From a virus (Duplodnaviria > Caudoviricetes): 53,458 nt of DNA. The notes beneath the pieces were generated by a model, which was not told the origin of the DNA, searched no databases, and saw nothing but the letters and a program-made list of their open reading frames with translations. Position 1 is the stretch's first letter, and each line of letters starts with the position of its first letter. The translations under genes were made by a program, and so were the position numbers. Shown in pieces: positions 1 through 8,834 of the stretch. Location of the stretch: IMG/VR virus record IMGVR_UViG_3300023174_000221, positions 1 through 53,458 of that record. One strand, given 5' to 3'.

Positions 1-2
1 GT

Positions 3-1862
3 ACCACAACATCTACACGTATACTGAGCGCGCCCTACATGGTAGTTGTGGATAGTCTGTCATGCTTTCATGCGGCTTTGCATGATCCACGGTTACATAC
101 AACATCAGATACACTAAGTTCTGTAAAGATACAGTTCCAACACAATGGCGACACAAAAACAATCTTTACATATCAAACTAATGCATTAATTTATGAATAC
201 AGAGTCCCAAGAGATTATTTTGGTTTTGATAAACTAGACGGTATTACTGACTCCCCTGTTCTGTACAGTGACGTGGTGACAGTTAATAATGTAGTTCATT
301 ATCCTGGAGATGATACTGGTACAACAGATACAAGTGTGCATACAATAGATTTTAGTAAGACAACAATGTACAAGGTTGAGTATAGCTGGTACGGGGCAGT
401 TGGCGCTTTGTTTCTTGCTTACGTGCCAGTGGGTGTTGGTGATGCTAGATGGGTAAAAATACATCATTTACGCGGCTCCAATCAACTATCAATGCCCACA
501 TTGGGTAATCCTTATTTGCCAGTTTCATATTTTGTTTATAATTCTGCTAGCGATGTCACAGAAGCAGTAGAAAAATATGGTGCCTCATACTACATTGATG
601 GTGCAGAGAAAGGTAGTGTGAAAGTTTTCTCTGCATTTAATGTTACTCCTCGAACTGTTGGAACAGGTATAAAATTTCCTAGTCAAATACGATCGCTAAG
701 TGCAACAAATAGAAATTTATTTCTTGAAACATCAACTGCATCACCATACATTGTGTTGACCGGGCTACCGGATCAAATTTTTACTTCTTACTATCTTGGT
801 GCTTATGTAGATGGCACAATAACATACGTTGATGCTAGTAACGCTTACAGAACTGTTGATGTACCCAGTGGCAAGATTTATATTGCAGATGTAAAGATTC
901 AAAAGCCAAGCAATGGCGTCTACACAGGTACACAGGTCCTAACCAGCTATGCATTTTTAAATGCTGGTGTTCTACCTACCACTGAATGGTCTGCATTATC
1001 TGCTAACTTAAGGCTTTTTATTCCACGTGCAACCCCATTGACTAATTTACGAATGAAGCGCGAATTTGGTATAGCGAATGTTAGTAGCAAGGCAACTGTA
1101 TTTCCATCGCGATTGAATGTTGGTATAGATCTACCTGCTAACGTGGACAGTGGCATCGTTCGTGTAATAAAAAATGCAATTTTTCCAGATACAAGCCTTG
1201 CTTCCGAAGCATGGAACACGAGTGTTGGTAGCTTGCAATATCTATTCAATAGAAATACGTGTGTGAGCTTAAGTGCAGACGTAATCATACCAGCTCAGGT
1301 TTCTAGAATTAAGGTGCCTATAATTGAATCTAACTACATAAACGTTGGACAATTTGTAAGTGGTTATATTCAAGGGATAGCTGGTACACTCACAAGAACA
1401 GCAGATGCGTATTATTTTCAAAGAATTAGAGATGGGGCAGCTGCAATTTGCACTGGTCTAGCAACAGGCGCCATATCTGCTAGCCGCACAACGCGCGGCC
1501 CGGATCAATTTATGCTTGATCCAGGCTATACTCAACTTGGATTATACAGTGGTATAGTGGGCTCATATCAAACAAGTGATATATTTTCTGCAGTACAATA
1601 TAATGTTGATGAAGGCAGACTGCCTCTCTATGGCACAGGAAATGTTATTGCAAGTTTTGCGGTGCCTGCAGGTGGTTCAGATTTTGATTTATCAACATTT
1701 TTTGATTTTAATAGAGAATTTTTAGCTGGTGCTGGTCTTTCTACAGGAACAGTATTACAAGAGCAATTAACAGTGACTGGGCAACTTTTCTACCCAGATG
1801 AAACATTTGAGGGAGGATCAAGTGGAGATGCAGCTGCGTCTATTACCTGGGAGGAACAATAA
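3..1862 (+). CDS. Large virion structural protein, 5'-truncated by the window edge; paralog of 1865-5983 and 8835-11747
   Basis: The frame is open from base 3. It shares DFSKTTMYKVEYSWYGAVG, YGASYYIDG and a C-terminal ITWEEQ motif with the other two proteins. Confidence 0.6.
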   Translation, partial: TTTSTRILSAPYMVVVDSLSCFHAALHDPRLHTTSDTLSSVKIQFQHNGDTKTIFTYQTNALIYEYRVPRDYFGFDKLDGITDSPVLYSDVVTVNNVVHYPGDDTGTTDTSVHTIDFSKTTMYKVEYSWYGAVGALFLAYVPVGVGDARWVKIHHLRGSNQLSMPTLGNPYLPVSYFVYNSASDVTEAVEKYGASYYIDGAEKGSVKVFSAFNVTPRTVGTGIKFPSQIRSLSATNRNLFLETSTASPYIVLTGLPDQIFTSYYLGAYVDGTITYVDASNAYRTVDVPSGKIYIADVKIQKPSNGVYTGTQVLTSYAFLNAGVLPTTEWSALSANLRLFIPRATPLTNLRMKREFGIANVSSKATVFPSRLNVGIDLPANVDSGIVRVIKNAIFPDTSLASEAWNTSVGSLQYLFNRNTCVSLSADVIIPAQVSRIKVPIIESNYINVGQFVSGYIQGIAGTLTRTADAYYFQRIRDGAAAICTGLATGAISASRTTRGPDQFMLDPGYTQLGLYSGIVGSYQTSDIFSAVQYNVDEGRLPLYGTGNVIASFAVPAGGSDFDLSTFFDFNREFLAGAGLSTGTVLQEQLTVTGQLFYPDETFEGGSSGDAAASITWEEQ

Positions 1863-1864
1863 CC

Positions 1865-4800
1865 TTGAGCACCACTGTCTCTGTAAGTGCAACAGTTGCT
1901 ATACCTGGAATACCTAAATTTTATAAATCTAATGTCCAGGGTACTAATAAAAGCATCTCAATCATACCAAATTTTTTAAATGGATTATATTTAGATCAAG
2001 ACGAAAATTCTGGTGAATCGCCTGTAGCCATAACACTCTTGGGAATACCTCGTGCAGAAGGAAGGAGTGTTTTGCTGGAAAATGTATTTCAATATGGAAT
2101 ACCAAACACAGGTTCAAATGCATGGTTTGGAGAATCTTCATTTCGTCCTAATTCAAATTTTAATTCTTATGGTTATTGCTCCATTCTGAATACATCTAAA
2201 ACTGTGCCTGCGGGCAGCAAGCAGTATTTAATTACAGACGTGAGATTGAGAGGTAATCAAATTTTCGCTGGAAGAGATATATACTTGAATGCCAACTGGA
2301 ATCCAGGCAATTTGTCAGCACCATTTCCTCAGTTAACAACATTTTATGAAAATTATATTCATCCTGTAATTTACCATAACAAAGACGAATCATGTGTAAC
2401 TCTTGAAGGCTGGCTTGAACCATATATTACACCATGGTGGAACAATTTTCTTGGTGATTACTGCCAAGCTTTTACCGAAACAACACCCTTTGATGCTACT
2501 TTATTATTTCAAACTCAACGTGCTTTTAGATATGAACCAGGTAAATCTATGACTTTCACCATGGGCATCAGGACTAACACTCAAAGTGGTACTGGTGCTT
2601 TTTTGGGTAGCACAGTTTATTCCAGAGCATCATGGGGATGTCGCAATGAAACTGATACATACCAATTTGTACTGGAAGGAGAGAATAATTTTTATGTAGA
2701 AAGAAAGACACCATGGGGAGAGACTTCATTGCGAGTGTATAGAAAAAATTTTATTGATCCTCTGGATGGCACTGGTAAGTCTGGTTTGAATATAGATTTT
2801 ACTAAAGTAACCATGTATTCTATTGAATTCTCTTGGTATGGTGCTGTTGGTGCAAACTTCTTTGTATATGCACCTGTTGGTATAGGTAGCTCCAAGTGGA
2901 TCAAGGTGGCAAGCTTGTTGTCATCAAACATATACACAAAACCGGCACTGAGTAACCCCAATATGAGATTATTTACGGAATTGTATATTCCCATGGGCTG
3001 TGGAAAACCGCAATTGTTGTCGTTGTATGGATCGAGCGTTTACATGGATGGACATTTTAGGGACACTTTAAAATTTTCAAATGTAGAGAGTATTAGCAAG
3101 AGAATAGAGCAAAGAGATAAGACTCAATTATCACTGCAGCTGCCAAACACTTTGCAAGGCCTTGCTGATAAACCTGTCAATGGCGCTGTTGTGTATCCAA
3201 CAAAACTCACCGGCATTGCTAGTCAGCCAGCCACAATAGACATATACGAAACCAATAATCAAGGTGGTATTGATGTTAATACTGCATATTACCTTGCAGG
3301 TACCACTCTCACCACTGCAACGACAGACACAGTGAAATTAGATACAGATATTAAACGCAATGGCACATCATTTACCATAGATACTGCACCATATACACAG
3401 CAACAAAAATTAAATTTAATGTCTCGGCTAGCAACTTCCACATTCATATATCGTAATCCAAGTGATAGATGGGACAGTTCTATTTGGAGCGGGGCAGGAA
3501 CTTCTAGATTGTCAGGTGCAATTTGCCATCATCCAGGTATAGTTGCTCAATTAAGCTCATCAAATGTTTCCTCAAAAATTAATATAATAGTTGAGCGAGC
3601 TGGTAGTAGTGGAATCCTTCCAGAATTTCTCTGTTATCAAAAAGCAACTTCTTATCCTGTGCCACCAGCTCCCGTCCTGGTACCAGCTATAGCAGATGGA
3701 GATACGCTATTTCCAGCAGGTTCAACATTTGATATAGGTACAAATATTGATAATAATAGCAGTTTTATTATGGTGGATACTGCGGTAAAGTCTGGTCAAA
3801 TAAGTGTTGATACAGATTTACTAGGATTTTATGGTGGTGGTGACAAAAGTAGAATGATGTCCACGGGATTTGGATTTATAGATGATGCCACATACAACAC
3901 ATTAAAAGCTCAGAATTATTTCAAAGACAATGTGATCACATTGAGTACAGGGGTGCAGATAGCATCAGCAAGCCCCAAGAGTGAGCTCATTGCAAACAGT
4001 CAGTTTGCTTATTACACATCATATGGAATGGGCGGAAGCTCCCCAACTGACAGGGATGGGTGGCCGAAACAACCACCTTTCTATGTTAATGGCAAATGGG
4101 TTATAGGCGGTGACGGCTTACCATTTACCAGAGGTTCTTTTGAACTGGATCAGGCTACAACAGTTAATCCATTTGCTAGAGATATAAGAAATAAGTTAGA
4201 TGTACTCACTAGATTTGAAACTACTAATTTTACTTTAAATGCAGATGTTCGACATCATAATTTTGTATTTGATTGTACGGGCGCAGCCGTACAAACCACA
4301 GATGCTACTCACACTTACATAAGAGCAAGCTTCACGCCTGCACAATTATTTTCCTATGCTGACGGTATTTTAACGAATAATCTCTATAATTTCAAATTAT
4401 TGATGTATGGTCATAATGCATTAATGAGAAATATGTTTTATAATAGAATAGCTAAACCTTACAATAGTAACTGGTCAAGTAATGTGAAGATAATGCCCTT
4501 TACTTTGGGTATTGGCACAGATTTTACATTAACAGATTCTGAAATTGATAGTTATGGCAGTTTAATAGCAACGTTAGGTTTTCCAACTTCTGCTACTGCA
4601 GCAATTGCAGCATTCATAGCTAAGCCTTCGTTTCAAATAGAATTTAAAACAATTTTTCTGCGTAACGTTCAGTATAGATCGGAGAGTACAAGTTGGTGGC
4701 AAGATAGAAATACAGGTCTTTTTCATGGTACTTTTTTCCTGGATACTATAGAGCCAGTGCATCTTTTTATTTTGATGGGTTCTAGAACTTCATATACTAA

Positions 4801-5983
4801 TACACCTGGTCAAACCATATTGAGAAGTACTAGCGCCATACCCAGACCAGTTGCAACTAATTTTCAAATTAATGGTGGTAGAGATAGAAATGATATACCT
4901 CTGGAAAATTTAAAGCTATCAACTTTTGGTGTTACACGAAATACACAATTGCAGAGTCAGGATTATGGTATTTTAACGAACTTGCCGGAAACTTCTTTTA
5001 CATTCCGTGAGATACCTGGAAGCAATACACAGTATGATCCAAATACAACAGAATTTTTGAATTTGCAGAATAAAATAAAACAATACTCTTTTAGAGTATT
5101 GGCAAATACACCTTTTGAATATGATTTATCGTCAATTTATAATGCAGATAGAAACATGCTAACTACTAGTGTTCCGAGTATTTTAAATAGAGATTACAAA
5201 CGATTTTTTGTTACTGCAAGAACAACTAAAAACGAATCATTCGGAAATTGGAATTTCACCAATCCTATTAAAAAATTTATTTTTGAAACTGTGGGACCAT
5301 TTGGCGAGCCTGATGGTACACTCTTTACAGTGGATTCAACTTCAGCAAACACTAGATATGTTTACTTGCAGCGCAGGTTACCAGACACAGCACTATCAGA
5401 TAGATATTACATTTCATCTGTTTATGCAAAACCAGGGGTACCAGCACTGAGTGCGGGCAGGTATGTGATTTTTTCCATGAATACAGGAGAATCAAACACT
5501 GATGCAAGAGGGGTTAATATATTCTTTGATATCATTGACAACAAAATAGGTTTTTTGGAGTGTCGTGGATCAGGAGCAACTTCGTGCCAATGGTTTAACA
5601 GATATAACAATCAAACAAGAACTAATTTGTATTGGCCATATATTGATAATACTCGATGGTTTGCTACTACAGGTTATGCAAATTTAAATAATAAGTTCGA
5701 TAGATATGTGGTTGCGGCTCACATACAAGAAGCTGCAGATGGTTGGAAGCGGTTGAGTACATGCATTTATTTCAAGAATAACCATCTGTATCAAACCATA
5801 TTCTTGGGAGATATTACAAACAATCGCATAACACAGGGTAATATATTTTTATATGGTGCTACTGAAGAGATGGTTTCAAGTGATACCACAGTAGATACGG
5901 CAAGTGGGTGGTTTCCTTCTGCATATGTACCAGCCCAAAAGGGTTATATTACAACAAACTTAACTATAGGGGAGCAGCAATAA
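1865..5983 (+). CDS. Large virion structural protein (1372 aa), same paralog family
   Basis: Motifs QTQRAFRYEPGK, DPLDGTGKSG..DFTKVTMYSIEFSWYGAVG, YGSSVYMDG and C-terminal LTIGEQQ. TTG start 2 nt after the upstream stop. Confidence 0.6.
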   Translation: MSTTVSVSATVAIPGIPKFYKSNVQGTNKSISIIPNFLNGLYLDQDENSGESPVAITLLGIPRAEGRSVLLENVFQYGIPNTGSNAWFGESSFRPNSNFNSYGYCSILNTSKTVPAGSKQYLITDVRLRGNQIFAGRDIYLNANWNPGNLSAPFPQLTTFYENYIHPVIYHNKDESCVTLEGWLEPYITPWWNNFLGDYCQAFTETTPFDATLLFQTQRAFRYEPGKSMTFTMGIRTNTQSGTGAFLGSTVYSRASWGCRNETDTYQFVLEGENNFYVERKTPWGETSLRVYRKNFIDPLDGTGKSGLNIDFTKVTMYSIEFSWYGAVGANFFVYAPVGIGSSKWIKVASLLSSNIYTKPALSNPNMRLFTELYIPMGCGKPQLLSLYGSSVYMDGHFRDTLKFSNVESISKRIEQRDKTQLSLQLPNTLQGLADKPVNGAVVYPTKLTGIASQPATIDIYETNNQGGIDVNTAYYLAGTTLTTATTDTVKLDTDIKRNGTSFTIDTAPYTQQQKLNLMSRLATSTFIYRNPSDRWDSSIWSGAGTSRLSGAICHHPGIVAQLSSSNVSSKINIIVERAGSSGILPEFLCYQKATSYPVPPAPVLVPAIADGDTLFPAGSTFDIGTNIDNNSSFIMVDTAVKSGQISVDTDLLGFYGGGDKSRMMSTGFGFIDDATYNTLKAQNYFKDNVITLSTGVQIASASPKSELIANSQFAYYTSYGMGGSSPTDRDGWPKQPPFYVNGKWVIGGDGLPFTRGSFELDQATTVNPFARDIRNKLDVLTRFETTNFTLNADVRHHNFVFDCTGAAVQTTDATHTYIRASFTPAQLFSYADGILTNNLYNFKLLMYGHNALMRNMFYNRIAKPYNSNWSSNVKIMPFTLGIGTDFTLTDSEIDSYGSLIATLGFPTSATAAIAAFIAKPSFQIEFKTIFLRNVQYRSESTSWWQDRNTGLFHGTFFLDTIEPVHLFILMGSRTSYTNTPGQTILRSTSAIPRPVATNFQINGGRDRNDIPLENLKLSTFGVTRNTQLQSQDYGILTNLPETSFTFREIPGSNTQYDPNTTEFLNLQNKIKQYSFRVLANTPFEYDLSSIYNADRNMLTTSVPSILNRDYKRFFVTARTTKNESFGNWNFTNPIKKFIFETVGPFGEPDGTLFTVDSTSANTRYVYLQRRLPDTALSDRYYISSVYAKPGVPALSAGRYVIFSMNTGESNTDARGVNIFFDIIDNKIGFLECRGSGATSCQWFNRYNNQTRTNLYWPYIDNTRWFATTGYANLNNKFDRYVVAAHIQEAADGWKRLSTCIYFKNNHLYQTIFLGDITNNRITQGNIFLYGATEEMVSSDTTVDTASGWFPSAYVPAQKGYITTNLTIGEQQ

Positions 5984-6246
5984 TGTCATTAAGCGCCATA
6001 TACTTTAACTTTACTGATTGCAGAAAACAAGCTCAATATCCAAATATTGTTTATTATGAAGGATGTTTGTACGGGTCAACCTCTGTTGCATCAACTACTA
6101 CAACAGGGCTGTTGTGTGCAGTGAAAACAAACCTGGGTGTGACTCCTAATTATACCACTGTGCCACCTGCAATATTAGAGAATACTGTTGAAAGAGTAGA
6201 ATTGCAAAAAATAAATACAACAATATACGCATATTATGATAATTAA
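5983..6246 (+). CDS. Hypothetical protein (87 aa)
   Basis: ATG overlaps the upstream stop (TAATG), so the start is reassigned from 5908. Confidence 0.55.
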   Translation: MSLSAIYFNFTDCRKQAQYPNIVYYEGCLYGSTSVASTTTTGLLCAVKTNLGVTPNYTTVPPAILENTVERVELQKINTTIYAYYDN

Positions 6247-7759
6247 GAAACATTTTAATGAATTAAGAGAGATAGATCCTTGCAATATAACAGGCATATG
6301 TCTTGGTAAAAAGATAAAAAGAAATACTGTTGTTGACAAATGGTGCATTGTTTTTTATGTGAAACAAAAAAAGATTTTGCACGATTTAGCTGAAGCTAAT
6401 GTTATTCCAAAGACAGTAACAGTAAATCAAAGAAAATTTTATACAGATGTGCAAGTTGTAGATAAGATTGTATACGCTTCATGTGCACCAGGTGCCTATG
6501 ACATATATGATGTTGATCCGCTGAAACCGTATTCTAAGAACCGGGTCTCAGCAAGACCTCTATCTGGTGGCTGCAGTTTGGGCGGTTATTTGAATATGTA
6601 TGGTACATTAGGAGGCTTGTTTCGTGATACTACTGATGGTACAATAGTTGGCTTAACATGCAGACATGTTTGTGATAGAATGACTCCAATTGTAGTGACA
6701 GGACGTACAAATGAAATAACGCCTAGATTTTCCAATCGAACTCTCAATTATCTACCGGTGAGATTTACTTACATACCAGAAAGATATTCTGCTGCATATA
6801 ATATTAATGCAACTGTATTATATCGAGATGAATATTCAGATAATTTCAATAGAGAATATGCAGAAATATTATATGACAGTACCATTAATGACGTGACGTA
6901 CACCTTTACAACGCTCAACAGAACACTTTGTGCGCGGGCTGCTAATACAATTGACATGCCCATGTATCAACCAGGTTTTCCTTTGTTCCGAACATCCACC
7001 TATCAGCAGTTTATATCTGGAGGCACAGTGCCAAGTATTGCTAATTATGAAGAGCGGCCGTTACAGTATACCATAGGATTTGTTAAAAGAGCTGCTCCAT
7101 TGATAACAGATGAAAGATACAGCAATGTAATTGATAGTGCAGTTGTGGCCATCAAACCTAGTGAAACCAGGGATGTTATGCTGGATTCTGGTTCCTGCAA
7201 TTTCATAGGGTTTAACAATACAGGTGGTTCAGTTTTTGCCACAACAGAAGAAATCAACAATTTGAACAACACAACGCCAGTGTTTAGAACTGGTGCAGGC
7301 ATGGGAGCACTGGGCCAGAATACTACTAGTTGTGGGTTGTCTGTTGCAGGGTTTTATAGTTTTATTAACATTGATAATATCAACTACTCAGATGGCATCA
7401 TATTCAGTACAAACACAACACAGGAGCCGGCATCGGCATCCATAGGTGACAGTGGTAGCATGTTGTGGGCGCTGCTCAGTTCCAATAGCCCTGCTGCGTC
7501 AGCATGGAAGATTGTTGGTCAAATTTTTGCCAATTCAGCTGATGGCTTGTATGGCTATGCATGCAGAATAGACCATATTTCCAATTTATTAAAAATTGCA
7601 CCATGGCAAGGTGACAACATAAAGTATTCTGGCAATCCAAAATATTTTAATCTGGCAAGTAATGCCAATGTAAACTATACCAATTTGGACGCTTCAACAC
7701 AATTCAATCGCATATGTTATGCAGTTGGCACAAGCCTCACCACGCTTGTCACTTATTAA
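6236..7759 (+). CDS. Nal1-like trypsin-fold (S1/PA clan) serine protease
   Basis: N-terminal GICLGKK..IVFYVKQKK..L....IP....TDV prodomain, then RPLSGGCS..GTLGG. Catalytic triad motifs are LTCRHV (His), IDSAVV (Asp) and GDSGS (Ser). Confidence 0.8.
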   Translation: MIIKKHFNELREIDPCNITGICLGKKIKRNTVVDKWCIVFYVKQKKILHDLAEANVIPKTVTVNQRKFYTDVQVVDKIVYASCAPGAYDIYDVDPLKPYSKNRVSARPLSGGCSLGGYLNMYGTLGGLFRDTTDGTIVGLTCRHVCDRMTPIVVTGRTNEITPRFSNRTLNYLPVRFTYIPERYSAAYNINATVLYRDEYSDNFNREYAEILYDSTINDVTYTFTTLNRTLCARAANTIDMPMYQPGFPLFRTSTYQQFISGGTVPSIANYEERPLQYTIGFVKRAAPLITDERYSNVIDSAVVAIKPSETRDVMLDSGSCNFIGFNNTGGSVFATTEEINNLNNTTPVFRTGAGMGALGQNTTSCGLSVAGFYSFINIDNINYSDGIIFSTNTTQEPASASIGDSGSMLWALLSSNSPAASAWKIVGQIFANSADGLYGYACRIDHISNLLKIAPWQGDNIKYSGNPKYFNLASNANVNYTNLDASTQFNRICYAVGTSLTTLVTY

Positions 7760-7766
7760 TTAAGTA

Positions 7767-7794
7767 TTGATTTTTATTGCAGGTAAGTTATCAT
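7767..7794 (+). promoter_or_regulatory. sigma70-type promoter TTGATT-N16-TATCAT
   Basis: ATG at 7801 lies 6 nt after the -10 box. Confidence 0.6.
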
Positions 7795-7800
7795 ATGTTT

Positions 7801-7944
7801 ATGGCAGGCAAAGGTGATAAACCACGTCCAATAAAAAAGAAGATGTATGATGCTAATTTTGATGGCATTGCTTGGTCGCCAGTAAATGCAGAAATTAGAA
7901 AATACACCGTTAAAAAAGGTAAAAAGATATACAAATACCCATGA
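7801..7944 (+). CDS. Small basic phage protein (47 aa, MAGKGDKPRP...), not in ORF track
   Basis: Translated by hand. The GKGxKPRP...YxxNFDxIxW pattern is recalled from small phage proteins. It has its own promoter and an ATGA overlap with the next gene. Confidence 0.7.
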   Translation: MAGKGDKPRPIKKKMYDANFDGIAWSPVNAEIRKYTVKKGKKIYKYP

Positions 7945-8222
7945 TGACGGTTGATGCATTGCTTGAGCAATTGGAGATTTTGAACAAAACCTATCTGTGG
8001 ACTGTCAAAGAGAGTGAAAAGATTTTAGCACAAATTGATGAAGCATGGGCTAGTGAAGACATGGAAGCAATAGAACGCATGCGCAATCGATTCATGGAAT
8101 TGCAGAACAGACACAATCTGGATAGAGTGCAATACAATCTATTGATCAACAGTTGCAAAGATTATTTTAACAAGAAATTTGGTATTGATTTGTTGTCTTT
8201 GTTTGAATTGGAAGATATTTGA
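7941..8222 (+). CDS. Hypothetical helical protein
   Basis: ORF track; coupled to the upstream gene by an ATGA overlap. Confidence 0.65.
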   Translation: MMTVDALLEQLEILNKTYLWTVKESEKILAQIDEAWASEDMEAIERMRNRFMELQNRHNLDRVQYNLLINSCKDYFNKKFGIDLLSLFELEDI

Positions 8223-8231
8223 ATCACGCTA

Positions 8232-8831
8232 CTATTTGCTCAAAGCACCAACTGCATATATCTGATCACCGGCTTTGTATGCTGTGCAAGAAGAATAAAG
8301 CCTAACACCGTTTTGTGATCCTGACAGGAAGACGCCAAAACAAATAAGATCTGTTGGTGTCGCGGTATATAGTTGCACATTGTTTAACGATTCATTCAAT
8401 ATTGTCATGTTAAATCCAGGTTGCAGTAGTTTTGGGGTTATGAAGTTTATGGTACAAAGAGCGGTTGTGTCTCGAATGTGCAAAATTCTACCATTGTATA
8501 TGTGCTCAAAGCCAGGTTGAATGAATAGTGCGGTTTGATTACTAGTGATAACCTGCACATTTGTGAAGTACAAATCTACTGCAGCATTGAGTTTGTTGAG
8601 AGTAATTGCTGAGGTAGCAACATGTCGGGTTTGAACACTGGAGTCTGTTATGTGTCTTGTCTCAATGCTGTTGGAACCTATGTTGTATCCGTTTACAGCG
8701 CTCAATACAAGATGACGATTTTCAATGGCACTGGATGATATGTTCAGAGACTGAACATTGTAAGCAGAAATTGAAGCAGTTGTAACTGCATTGTCTGCCA
8801 GCATTCCTTGTAGTATGGTTGTGAGTGCCAT
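8232..8831 (-). CDS. Fibre-like virion protein with ~10-aa (A/S)(V/I)xxxx(I/L) repeats
   Basis: Seven 10-residue repeats (DNAVTTASIS, SSAIENRHLV, SNSIETRHIT, DSSVQTRHVA...) of the kind seen in phage fibres. Confidence 0.6.
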   Translation of the reverse strand: MALTTILQGMLADNAVTTASISAYNVQSLNISSSAIENRHLVLSAVNGYNIGSNSIETRHITDSSVQTRHVATSAITLNKLNAAVDLYFTNVQVITSNQTALFIQPGFEHIYNGRILHIRDTTALCTINFITPKLLQPGFNMTILNESLNNVQLYTATPTDLICFGVFLSGSQNGVRLYSSCTAYKAGDQIYAVGALSK

Positions 8832-8834
8832 ACA

